This document shows, piece after piece, positions 26,744 to 34,757 of a DNA stretch of 64,000 bases. Origin of the DNA: Planctomycetota bacterium. GTDB lineage: Bacteria > Planctomycetota > UBA1135 > UBA2386. The notes beneath the pieces are model-generated. The model did not search any database and was not told the DNA's origin. It saw only the letters and a program-made list of their open reading frames with translations. Position numbers and translations under genes: made by a program. Positions within the stretch are counted from its first letter, which is position 1. Each line of letters starts with the position of its first letter. The stretch covers positions 272 to 64,271 of the forward strand of contig VGZG01000010.1 of NCBI GenBank assembly GCA_016872675.1. The letters are read 5' to 3'.

Positions 26744-28315
26744 TCAGCGTCGCACGCCGTCGACGGTGCGGGCGATGCCGCGCGGGTTGTCGTCGCGGAG
26801 TTCGAGCGGCAGCGCGGCCTGCGGCCAGTCCTGCCAACACGCCGGCCGCGTCCAACGCGCGATCGCGGTGACGCCGACCGCTGAGAAGCGCGCGTCGGTC
26901 GAGGCCGGGTACGGGCCGCCGTGCACCATCGCGCCGCAGACCTCGACGCCGGTCGGCACACCGTTGGCGATCAAGCGGCCGACGCGCGCGCGCAACGCGG
27001 CGACGACGTCGGCGCAGGCCGCGAGGTCGTCGCCATCGGCGTGCACGGTGCCAGTCAGGTGGCCATCGAACGCTTGCGCCAGCGCCAGCAGTTCGCCGTG
27101 GTCGCGGCAGCGCACGGCGAGCACCGCCGGGCCGTAGATCTCGCTGCGCAGGCGCGGGTGCGCGAGCGCGGTCGCGGCCTCGACAGCGAGCAGCGTCGGG
27201 CAGACGCCGGTCGCGGCGGCGCCGAGCGCGCCCTGCGCCGCGGTCGTGACCGGCAGAGCCGCCACCTCGGCGAGCGACCGTTCGAAGCCCGCGCGGATGC
27301 TCGGGTGCACGACCGGCCCGCCCTGGCTGGCGGCGAACTTGGCGCGCATGGTCTCTGCGAACGCATCGCCACCAGGGCCGTCGATCCACGCGACAAGGCC
27401 AGGGCTGGTGCAGAACTGCCCCTGCGCCAGCAGCGCCGAGGCGACGATCGCCTCGGCGATCGCCGCGCCGCGCCGCGCCAGGGCCTGTGGCAACACCAGC
27501 ACCGGATTCATCGAGCCCATCTCGGCGAACACCGGGATCGGGCGCGCGCGCCGCGCCGCGAGGTCGAACAGGGCGCGGCCGCCGGCGTGGCTGCCGGTGA
27601 ACCCAACGGCGGCGAGCGCCGGATGCGCGACGAGGCGCGCGCCGGTGGCGTGACTGCGGCCGTGCAGGAGCGAGAACACGCCGCCGGGCAGACCGGCGCG
27701 ACGCACCGCTTCGACAACGACGCGACCGACGAGCTCGCTGGCGCCGGGATGCGCCGGATGGCCCTTGACCACCACCGGACAGCCGGCGGCGAGCGCCGAG
27801 GCGGTGTCGCCGCCGGCGACCGAGTACGCGAGTGGGAAGTTGCTGGCGCCGAACACCGCGACTGGCCCGAGCGGCACGCGCATCGAGCGCACGTCGGGCT
27901 TCGGCTGCGGCTGGCGCGTCGGATCGGCGCGGTCGATCCGGGCGTCGACCCACGAGCCATCGTCGACCAGCGCGGCGAACTGCTGCAGCTGCAGGACGGC
28001 GCGAGCGCGCTCGCTCTGCACGCGCGGCGCAGCCAGCGCCGTCTCGGCGCACACGCGCGCAACCAATTCGTCGCCGAGCGCCACGAGGCCGTCGGCGATC
28101 GCGCGCAACAGGTTGGCCCGCACCACGGGCGCGCTGCCGGCGAACTCAGCCATAGCGTCGGCGGCAGCCGTCACCGCCGCGTCGACCAGGGCCGGCGCGG
28201 CCTCATGGTACGTCGGCGCCAGCGCGGCGCCCGTGGTCGGGTCGCAGGCGGCGAACGGTTCGCCACCCGACGCTTCCGCGACGCCGCCGACGAAGTGCTC
28301 GCCGCGCAAGCTCAT
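26744..28315 (-). CDS. NAD(P)-dependent aldehyde dehydrogenase, 2-oxoglutarate-semialdehyde dehydrogenase-like
   Basis: Motifs seen: FTGSHAGGRAL, FAEMGSMNP, catalytic Cys in GQFCTSPG. The size is about 523 aa. ATG 28315 overlaps the upstream stop (ATGA). The longer track ORF 5' part is out of frame over the DapA-like gene. Confidence 0.85.
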   Translation of the reverse strand: MSLRGEHFVGGVAEASGGEPFAACDPTTGAALAPTYHEAAPALVDAAVTAAADAMAEFAGSAPVVRANLLRAIADGLVALGDELVARVCAETALAAPRVQSERARAVLQLQQFAALVDDGSWVDARIDRADPTRQPQPKPDVRSMRVPLGPVAVFGASNFPLAYSVAGGDTASALAAGCPVVVKGHPAHPGASELVGRVVVEAVRRAGLPGGVFSLLHGRSHATGARLVAHPALAAVGFTGSHAGGRALFDLAARRARPIPVFAEMGSMNPVLVLPQALARRGAAIAEAIVASALLAQGQFCTSPGLVAWIDGPGGDAFAETMRAKFAASQGGPVVHPSIRAGFERSLAEVAALPVTTAAQGALGAAATGVCPTLLAVEAATALAHPRLRSEIYGPAVLAVRCRDHGELLALAQAFDGHLTGTVHADGDDLAACADVVAALRARVGRLIANGVPTGVEVCGAMVHGGPYPASTDARFSAVGVTAIARWTRPACWQDWPQAALPLELRDDNPRGIARTVDGVRR

Positions 28316-29220
28316 GCCTTGGCTCCCTGGGGCCGGTTCTGCAGCGCCGCACGGATCGTCGCCAGCGCCTGCTCGCGCAACGCGCCGGCAACGGGCAGGC
28401 GCGGCATGCGCACCCGCTCGTGGCCCATGCCGACCTGTTGCTGCACGAGCTTGATCAATTGCACGAACTCGGGAACCGTGTCGAGGCGCAGCAGCGGCAG
28501 GAACCAGCGGTAGAGCGCGAAGGCCTCGTCGCGCTTGCCGTCGCGCGCCAGATCGAACAAGCGCACCGACTCGTGCGGCAGCGCATTGACGAGGCCGGCG
28601 ACCCAACCAATCGCGCCGGCGGCGACACCTTCGCAGACCATGTCGTCCATGCCGACGAGCACGTCGAGGCGATCGCCGAGCAGCGCCTTGATGCCGGTGA
28701 CGCGGCGTGCGTCGCCGCTCGACTCCTTCACCGCGACGAGATTGCGATGTTCCTGCGCGAGCGCGGCAACGTGCGTCGGCGTGAAGTCCGTGCCATACGC
28801 CGGCGGGTTGTTGTAGAGCATGCACGGCAACGTCGTGGCCCGCATGATCGCCCCGACGTGGGCCAGCGACTCGCGCATCTCGCCCTTGTGCACATACGCC
28901 GGCAGCACCATCAGGCCCTTGCAGCCGGCCTGCTCGGCAGCCTGCGCCAGCGCCACCGCCGCCTTGGTGCTGAGCGCTGCGATGCCCGGCAGGACCGGCT
29001 TATCGCCGGCGGCGGCGACGACAGTGCGCAGCACGGCCTTCTTCTCGTCGAAGTCGAGCGTCGCGCCCTCGCCCAGCGAGCCGAGCGGGATCACGCCGCT
29101 GCAGCCCGCCGCCAATTGCCACTGCACATGCTTGGCTAGGAAGTCGTGGTCGACGCGGTCATCGGCGTGGAACGGCGTGGTGATCGCGGGCAAGACATGG
29201 CGAAACGGCGAAGCAGGCAT
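28312..29220 (-). CDS. Dihydrodipicolinate synthase/N-acetylneuraminate lyase family (class I aldolase-like) enzyme
   Basis: The DapA-family pattern is present: TPF..D..VD, GVIPLGSLGEGATL, AVKESSGD (Schiff-base Lys context). Paired with a KGSADH-like gene, this suggests a dehydratase/deaminase yielding 2-oxoglutarate semialdehyde. Confidence 0.85.
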   Translation of the reverse strand: MPASPFRHVLPAITTPFHADDRVDHDFLAKHVQWQLAAGCSGVIPLGSLGEGATLDFDEKKAVLRTVVAAAGDKPVLPGIAALSTKAAVALAQAAEQAGCKGLMVLPAYVHKGEMRESLAHVGAIMRATTLPCMLYNNPPAYGTDFTPTHVAALAQEHRNLVAVKESSGDARRVTGIKALLGDRLDVLVGMDDMVCEGVAAGAIGWVAGLVNALPHESVRLFDLARDGKRDEAFALYRWFLPLLRLDTVPEFVQLIKLVQQQVGMGHERVRMPRLPVAGALREQALATIRAALQNRPQGAKA

Positions 29221-29298
29221 CGCACACAGCGAACGCCCGACGCCGTTCTAGCGCAAGGGCGGTGGCGATGGGGCGGCGCTTGCGCCATCCTCTGAGCC

Positions 29299-29694
29299 AT
29301 GTCCGATGACGCGACCAAGCCCAAGCAGGCAGAAATGTGCGCCAAGGTCGGCCTGCCGCAGGCCCGCCGCCACATCTTCCTGTGTGCCGACCAGAGCAAC
29401 CCGAAGTGCTGCGACAAGGAACGCGGCCTCGCCGCCTGGGAGCACCTGAAGTCGCGTCTGAAGCAACTCGGCCTGTCCGAACAGGGCGGCGTGCAGCGCA
29501 CCAAGGCCAACTGCCTGCGGCTGTGCACAGGTGGGCCAATCGCCGTCGTCTATCCCGAGGGCGCGTGGTACCGCGACTGCGATCCGCCGGTCCTCGACGC
29601 GATCATCGAACGGCACCTGCTCGGCGGCGAGATCGTGCGCGAACACCTGATCACCCAGGCGCCGCTGCCCGGCGGCCGCTGCGGCCCGGCGTGA
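29299..29694 (+). CDS. Thioredoxin-like [2Fe-2S] ferredoxin domain protein
   Basis: Cys pattern [13 protein letters not shown]...[22 protein letters not shown], typical of thioredoxin-like 2Fe-2S ferredoxins. Confidence 0.65.
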   Translation: MSDDATKPKQAEMCAKVGLPQARRHIFLCADQSNPKCCDKERGLAAWEHLKSRLKQLGLSEQGGVQRTKANCLRLCTGGPIAVVYPEGAWYRDCDPPVLDAIIERHLLGGEIVREHLITQAPLPGGRCGPA

Positions 29695-30305
29695 GCGCGG
29701 GCGACGACGTCCTGATCGACGGCCCGGACAACGCCCCGGCGACGCTGCTGCTCGCGCACGGTTCCGGCAGCGGCAAGACGCACCCGTTCCTCGCCGCGGT
29801 CGCGGCGGCGCTGGCGGGCCCGCAACGGCGCGTCGTGCGCTTCGACTTCCCCTACCGCAAGGCCGGCCGAACGCTGCCTGACAAGCTGCCTGCGCTGCAG
29901 GACGCGCTCCGCGCAGCGGTCGCCGCGCACGGCCGCGGCGCCGTGGCGCTGGCCGGCAAGTCGCTCGGCGGCCGCGTCGGTTCGACGCTGGCGGACGAAC
30001 TCGGCGTCCGGGCGCTGGTCTGCTTCGGCTACCCGTTTCACCCGCCGAAGAACCCAACCAAGCTGCGCACGGCGCACCTCGCCAGTCTCGCCACGCCGAC
30101 GCTGATGCTGCAGGGCGAGCGTGATCCGTTCGGCACGCGCGCCGAGGTCGCCGGCTACCGGCTGCCCGCGACGATCACGGTGCAGTGGCTGCCCGACGGC
30201 GACCACGACCTGGCGCCGCGCCGACAGAGCGGCCTGGCGCTGGCGGACAACCTCGCGACCGCGACGACTGCGGCGGCGACATTCCTGTCCGCGCACGGCG
30301 CCTGA
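29691..30305 (+). CDS. Small alpha/beta-hydrolase family protein (dienelactone-hydrolase-like)
   Basis: GTG 29691 overlaps the upstream stop (GTGA). Motifs seen: [16 protein letters not shown], nucleophile elbow [30 protein letters not shown]. Confidence 0.75.
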   Translation: MSAGDDVLIDGPDNAPATLLLAHGSGSGKTHPFLAAVAAALAGPQRRVVRFDFPYRKAGRTLPDKLPALQDALRAAVAAHGRGAVALAGKSLGGRVGSTLADELGVRALVCFGYPFHPPKNPTKLRTAHLASLATPTLMLQGERDPFGTRAEVAGYRLPATITVQWLPDGDHDLAPRRQSGLALADNLATATTAAATFLSAHGA

Positions 30306-30330
30306 AACAGGCGCCGGGGGCGCGCAACGC

Positions 30331-33300
30331 TCAGCCGCGCAGGGCGGCGGCGACGAGCGCCGCCTGCTCGGCCTTGTGCTTGTGCGAACTGCCGGTCGCC
30401 GGACTGGCGGCGGCGCGGCGCGTCGCCTTGCCGGCCCAGTCGAAGCGGTCGCGTGCGAATGACCACGCGCCCATGTTGATCGGCTCCTCCTGGCACCAGA
30501 CGAACTGCGCCCTTTGGTAGCGCGCGCGCAGCGCCGCCATCGCCGTCGCCGGCCAGGGGTACAGCAGTTCGACGCGCACGAGCGCGACGCTGCGGTCGTC
30601 GCCGCGAGCGTCCACCAGGTCGTAGTAGACCTTGCCCGAGGAGCAGACGACGCGCGTCACTTGCGACGGGTTGGCGATCGACGCATCGTCGCGCACCGCT
30701 TGGAAGCCGCCGACCGACAGTTCATCGGCCTGCGACCCGGCGTCCCTCTGCCGCAGCAAGCTCTTCGGCGTCATCACCACGAGCGGCTTGCGGTCGGCGT
30801 CGAGCGCCTGCGCCACCAACAGCTGGTAGTAGCTCGCCGCGCACGACGGGTTGGCGACCCGCAGGTTGTTCTCGGCGCACAGCTGCAAGAAGCGCTCGAG
30901 GCGCGCGCTGCTGTGCTCGGGACCCTGGCCGTCGTAGCCGTGTGGCAGCAGCAGCACGAGGCCGGACTGCTGGTTCCACTTGGCCTCGCCGGCGGCGAGG
31001 AACTGGTCGATCTGGATCTGCGCGCCGTTGCAGAAGTCGCCGAACTGCGCCTCCCACAGGCACAGCGTGCGCGGGTTGGCGACGCTGTAGCCGTACTCGA
31101 AGCCGAGCGCGGCCTCTTCACTTAGCAGCGAGTCGACGACGGTGAATCTCGCCTGCCCGGCGGCGAGCTGACCGAGCGCGACCCGCCGGTTGCCATTGGT
31201 AGCGTCGTAGAGCGCAGCGTGGCGCTGGCTGAAGGTGCCACGGCCGCAGTCCTGACCGGCGAGTCGCACTGGCACGCCCGCCGTGACGAGGCTGGCGAAC
31301 GCCAACGTCTCGGCGGTGGCGAAGTCGATCGGCTGCTTGCCCGCCAGCATGTCGGCGCGGCGCAACAGCACGCCCTTGACCTTCGCGTGTGGCGTGAAGC
31401 CGGCTGACCAGTCAAGCATCTTGGCGTTGAGTTCGCGCAGGCGTTCGATCGGCGTCGCCGGGACGCGCGGCGACCATTCGCGCTCGGGGATCTCGGCCGC
31501 CATGGTGATCGGTGGCTGTTCGTGCGCTCGCACGACGTCGAGCGCTTCCTTCAGGTGCAGTTGCACCTTCTGGTCGTAGGCGCCGATCTCATCGGCGCGC
31601 AGCACGCCGGCACGGATCAGATAGTTCTGGTAGATCTTGCGCACCGTCGGGTGCCGTTCGATTTGCTGATACAGCAGCGGCTGCGTGTAGCTCGGCTCGT
31701 CGCCCTCGTTGTGGCCATGCCGCCGGTAGCAGACGATGTCGAGCACGACGTCGGCGTGGAAGCGAGCGCGGTACTCCATCGCCAACCGGATCATGCGCAC
31801 GGCGGCCAGCGGATCGTCGCCGTTGACGTGGAACACCGGCGCCTGGACGCCCTTGACGACGTCGGTGCAGAACAGCGTGCTGCGCGAGTCCTGCGGCGAG
31901 GTCGTGTAGCCGATCTGGTTGTTGACGACGATGTGGATCGTGCCGCCGGTCTTGTAGCCTTGCAGTTGCGACATCTGCAGCGTCTCGAACACGACGCCCT
32001 GGCCCGCGAACGCCGCGTCGCCATGGATCAGCACCGGCAGGACCGCGTCGAGCACGTTGGCCGCTGGATCGGCGGCCAGTTCGTCCTGGCGCGCCCGCGC
32101 CATGCCCTCGACCACCGGATCGACGGCTTCGAGGTGGCTCGGGTTGCAGGCGAGTTCAAGCGCGATGGACTTGCCCGAGTGCGTGACGTGCTCGGCCTGC
32201 GCGCCGAGGTGGTACTTCACGTCACCTGAGCCCTGCGCCATCGTCGGATCGAGGAAGCCCTCGAACTCGCCGAAGATCTTGGTCACCGGCTTCTTCAGCA
32301 CGTGCGCGAGCACGTTGAGGCGGCCGCGATGCGCCATGCCGAGCACGGCGCGCGCGCAGCCGAAGTCGACGGCGCGTTCGAGCAGCGCGTCGAGCACCGG
32401 GATCAACGTCTCGCCGCCCTCGAGCGAGAACCGCTTGGCGCCGACGAAGCGAGTGTGGAGGAACTGCTCGAAGGCCTCGGCCTCAACGAGCTTGTCGAGG
32501 ATCTGCAGCTGCGCCTGCTTGCTCAGCTGTTCCTCGTTGCGGTTGCCTTCCATCTTGTCGCGCAGCCACGTGCGCTGCTCGCTGTCCGCGATGTGCATGT
32601 ACTCGGCGCCGACGTGCCGGCAGTACGTCAGGTGAAGCGTCTCCTGGATCTCGCGCAGCGTCGCGAACGGCTTCTTGGTGGCGCCATCGCTGTAGAACGT
32701 GCGCTCCTTGTCCCACATCGTCAGGCCGTAGGACGACATGTCGAGCTCAGGCCAATCCTTCGGTTCGAACTGCAGCGGATCGAGGTCGGCGAGCACGTGG
32801 CCGCGGACACGGTAGCTGCGGATGTAGGTCATCAGGCCGGCGGCGCGCTCGAGGTTCTCGGCCTCGCGCAGGGAGCTGCCGAGCGGCGGGCGACGGTCGA
32901 CGCAGTTGCTGACCGGGCGATACGGCACCTTCAGCGAGTGGAACACGCCCTCGTAGAAGCCCTCCTCGCCGAGCAGCAGCTTGTGCATCCAGTCGAGGAA
33001 CAGGCCCGACTCCGCGCCCTGGATGACGCGGTGGTCGTACGTGCTGGTCAGCATCATCACGCGCGCGACGCCGAGCTCGGTCAGCGTGTCGGCTGACGCG
33101 CCCTGGAATGCGCCCGGCACGGTGATCGCCCCGGTCGCCAGGATGAAACTCTGGCCGCTCATCAGGCGCGGCAGCGAGCTGACCGTGCCGATCGTGCCAG
33201 GGTTGGTCAGCGTGCAGGTCGTGCCGGCGAAGTCATCCGGCGTCAGCGCGCCCTTGCGCGCCTTCTCGATCTGAGTGTTGTAGGCGGCGAAGAAGCCGGC

Positions 33301-33942
33301 GAAGTCGAGGCTGCCGCTGTCCTTGACGTTGGGCACGACGAGGCTGCGGCGACCGTCCTTGCCGGGCAGGTCGACGGCGATGCCGACGTTGAGCGATTTG
33401 CCGACGCGGCGGAACGGCTTGCCGTCCTGGTCGACGAACTGGCCAGCCATCGCCGGCACGCGCAGGATCGACTGCACCATCGCCCACGCGATCAGGTGCG
33501 TGAAGCTGACCTTGGGCAGGTAGAGACCCTGCTGGTGGCGGTTGATCGCGTGCCGGTTCTCCTCCAGCACCTTGACCGGGATCTCGCGCGTCGACGTCGC
33601 CGTCGGCACGCCGAGGCTGTCGGCCATGTTCTTGACGATCTTGCCGGCGACGCCGACCAATGGCTGCAACTCGTCGCTGGCCGATGGGGCTGCCGGCGAC
33701 ATGGCCGCAGCCTGGTCGGGCGATGGGCTCGCCGCCTGCGCCTGCGGTTCGACGACCGCAGTGCCGCCGGTCTTCGGCTTGCCAGCGCCGGCCTGCGCGC
33801 GCTGCTCGGGCGTCAGCGCCGACTCAAACCAGTTGCGCCACTCGGCCGGCACGGACTCCGGCGCCTGCAGATAATCGCCGTACACCTTCTCGGCGTAAGC
33901 GGCATTCAGTCCGAACACTTCCTCGAAGTCAGGTCGTTCCAT
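30331..33942 (-). CDS. sucA: Multifunctional 2-oxoglutarate dehydrogenase E1 / decarboxylase with fused E2-like acyltransferase domain (Kgd/OdhA type)
   Basis: 1203 aa. The N-terminal third carries a 2-oxoacid dehydrogenase acyltransferase-like catalytic region (SFTHLIAWAM..NVGIAVD..LVVPNVKD..TLTNPGTIGT..STYDHRVIQGAESG). The E1o core follows (RFSLEGGE, MAHRGRLNVL, GDVKYHLG, HGDAAFAGQG, NNQIGYTT, NGDDP, RRHGHNEGDEP, LWEAQFGDF, LPHGYDGQGPEHSS). No lipoyl domain is visible. Confidence 0.92.
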   Translation of the reverse strand: MERPDFEEVFGLNAAYAEKVYGDYLQAPESVPAEWRNWFESALTPEQRAQAGAGKPKTGGTAVVEPQAQAASPSPDQAAAMSPAAPSASDELQPLVGVAGKIVKNMADSLGVPTATSTREIPVKVLEENRHAINRHQQGLYLPKVSFTHLIAWAMVQSILRVPAMAGQFVDQDGKPFRRVGKSLNVGIAVDLPGKDGRRSLVVPNVKDSGSLDFAGFFAAYNTQIEKARKGALTPDDFAGTTCTLTNPGTIGTVSSLPRLMSGQSFILATGAITVPGAFQGASADTLTELGVARVMMLTSTYDHRVIQGAESGLFLDWMHKLLLGEEGFYEGVFHSLKVPYRPVSNCVDRRPPLGSSLREAENLERAAGLMTYIRSYRVRGHVLADLDPLQFEPKDWPELDMSSYGLTMWDKERTFYSDGATKKPFATLREIQETLHLTYCRHVGAEYMHIADSEQRTWLRDKMEGNRNEEQLSKQAQLQILDKLVEAEAFEQFLHTRFVGAKRFSLEGGETLIPVLDALLERAVDFGCARAVLGMAHRGRLNVLAHVLKKPVTKIFGEFEGFLDPTMAQGSGDVKYHLGAQAEHVTHSGKSIALELACNPSHLEAVDPVVEGMARARQDELAADPAANVLDAVLPVLIHGDAAFAGQGVVFETLQMSQLQGYKTGGTIHIVVNNQIGYTTSPQDSRSTLFCTDVVKGVQAPVFHVNGDDPLAAVRMIRLAMEYRARFHADVVLDIVCYRRHGHNEGDEPSYTQPLLYQQIERHPTVRKIYQNYLIRAGVLRADEIGAYDQKVQLHLKEALDVVRAHEQPPITMAAEIPEREWSPRVPATPIERLRELNAKMLDWSAGFTPHAKVKGVLLRRADMLAGKQPIDFATAETLAFASLVTAGVPVRLAGQDCGRGTFSQRHAALYDATNGNRRVALGQLAAGQARFTVVDSLLSEEAALGFEYGYSVANPRTLCLWEAQFGDFCNGAQIQIDQFLAAGEAKWNQQSGLVLLLPHGYDGQGPEHSSARLERFLQLCAENNLRVANPSCAASYYQLLVAQALDADRKPLVVMTPKSLLRQRDAGSQADELSVGGFQAVRDDASIANPSQVTRVVCSSGKVYYDLVDARGDDRSVALVRVELLYPWPATAMAALRARYQRAQFVWCQEEPINMGAWSFARDRFDWAGKATRRAAASPATGSSHKHKAEQAALVAAALRG

Positions 33943-34035
33943 TGCGTCGCGCGCCCGCAGCCGATGCTGCAGGGCGCAGCGATCCTACGACACGACGGCG
34001 TCCGCCGCCGCAGGGACTTCGCGAACTCCGCGCCG

Positions 34036-34581
34036 CTACTTCTTGCTCAGCAGCAGGACCATCCGCTTGCCTTCGACGCGGATGCCGGACTCGACCTTGG
34101 CGATGTCGGCGAGTTCCTTGACGACCTCCTGGATCACCTGCTCGCCGACCTCCTTGTGGGCGATCTGGCGGCCGCGGAACAAGCAGCACACCAGCACCTT
34201 GTCGCCGTCGGCGAAGAACTGACGCGCCTGCTTGATCTTGACCTGGAGGTCGTGGTCACCGGTGACCGGGCGCACGCGCAGCTCCTTGATCTGGACCTGG
34301 TGCTGCTTGCGGCGGCTGGCCTGCTCCTTCTTCTTCTCTTCGTACTTGTACTTCCCGAAGTCCATGATGCGGCAAACGGGCGGCCGCTGGTTCGGGGCGA
34401 TCTCGACGAGGTCGAGCTGCTTTTGGATCGCAAGCGCGAGAGCGTCGGCGGTCAGCATGATGCCGAGCTGTTTGTTGTCCTCGTCGATGACGCGGACCTC
34501 GCGGATACGGATGTGGTGATTGATGCGCGGGCCACGATCCTGCGACACCTGGGGTCGTCGCGAATCAGGCCTGCCGGACAT
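34036..34581 (-). CDS. infC: Translation initiation factor IF-3
   Basis: Motifs seen: RINHHIRIREVRVIDE, LDLVEIAPNQRPPVCRIMDFGKYKYE, KELRVRP..DHDLQVK, GDKV..CLFRGRQIAH. Confidence 0.9.
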   Translation of the reverse strand: MSGRPDSRRPQVSQDRGPRINHHIRIREVRVIDEDNKQLGIMLTADALALAIQKQLDLVEIAPNQRPPVCRIMDFGKYKYEEKKKEQASRRKQHQVQIKELRVRPVTGDHDLQVKIKQARQFFADGDKVLVCCLFRGRQIAHKEVGEQVIQEVVKELADIAKVESGIRVEGKRMVLLLSKK

Positions 34582-34630
34582 GAATCCTCTGCTGCGGCTT
34601 CAACATCACGCGCTTGTAACTCCTTGGTGG

Positions 34631-34663
34631 AAAATGAAACGCCGCACGGCAACCCCGCGCGGC
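34631..34663 (-). terminator. Intrinsic terminator-like hairpin plus U-rich tract
   Basis: On the minus strand a 9-bp stem (GCCGCGCGG / CCGTGCGGC, one G-U pair) carries a 5-nt loop and is followed directly by GTTTCATTTTCC. On the plus strand the same position is an A-C mismatch, favouring minus-strand function. It lies downstream of the beta-propeller-like gene and about 50 nt upstream of the infC ATG. Confidence 0.45.
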
Positions 34664-34757
34664 CGGCGGAAGGCTAGTGGTCGGCCCGGTGGGCCGCAAC
34701 CGCCCCACGGTGAAGCTGCGCGGCCCAGCGACCGCGCAGCCCCGTCCAGGGCGCTGG

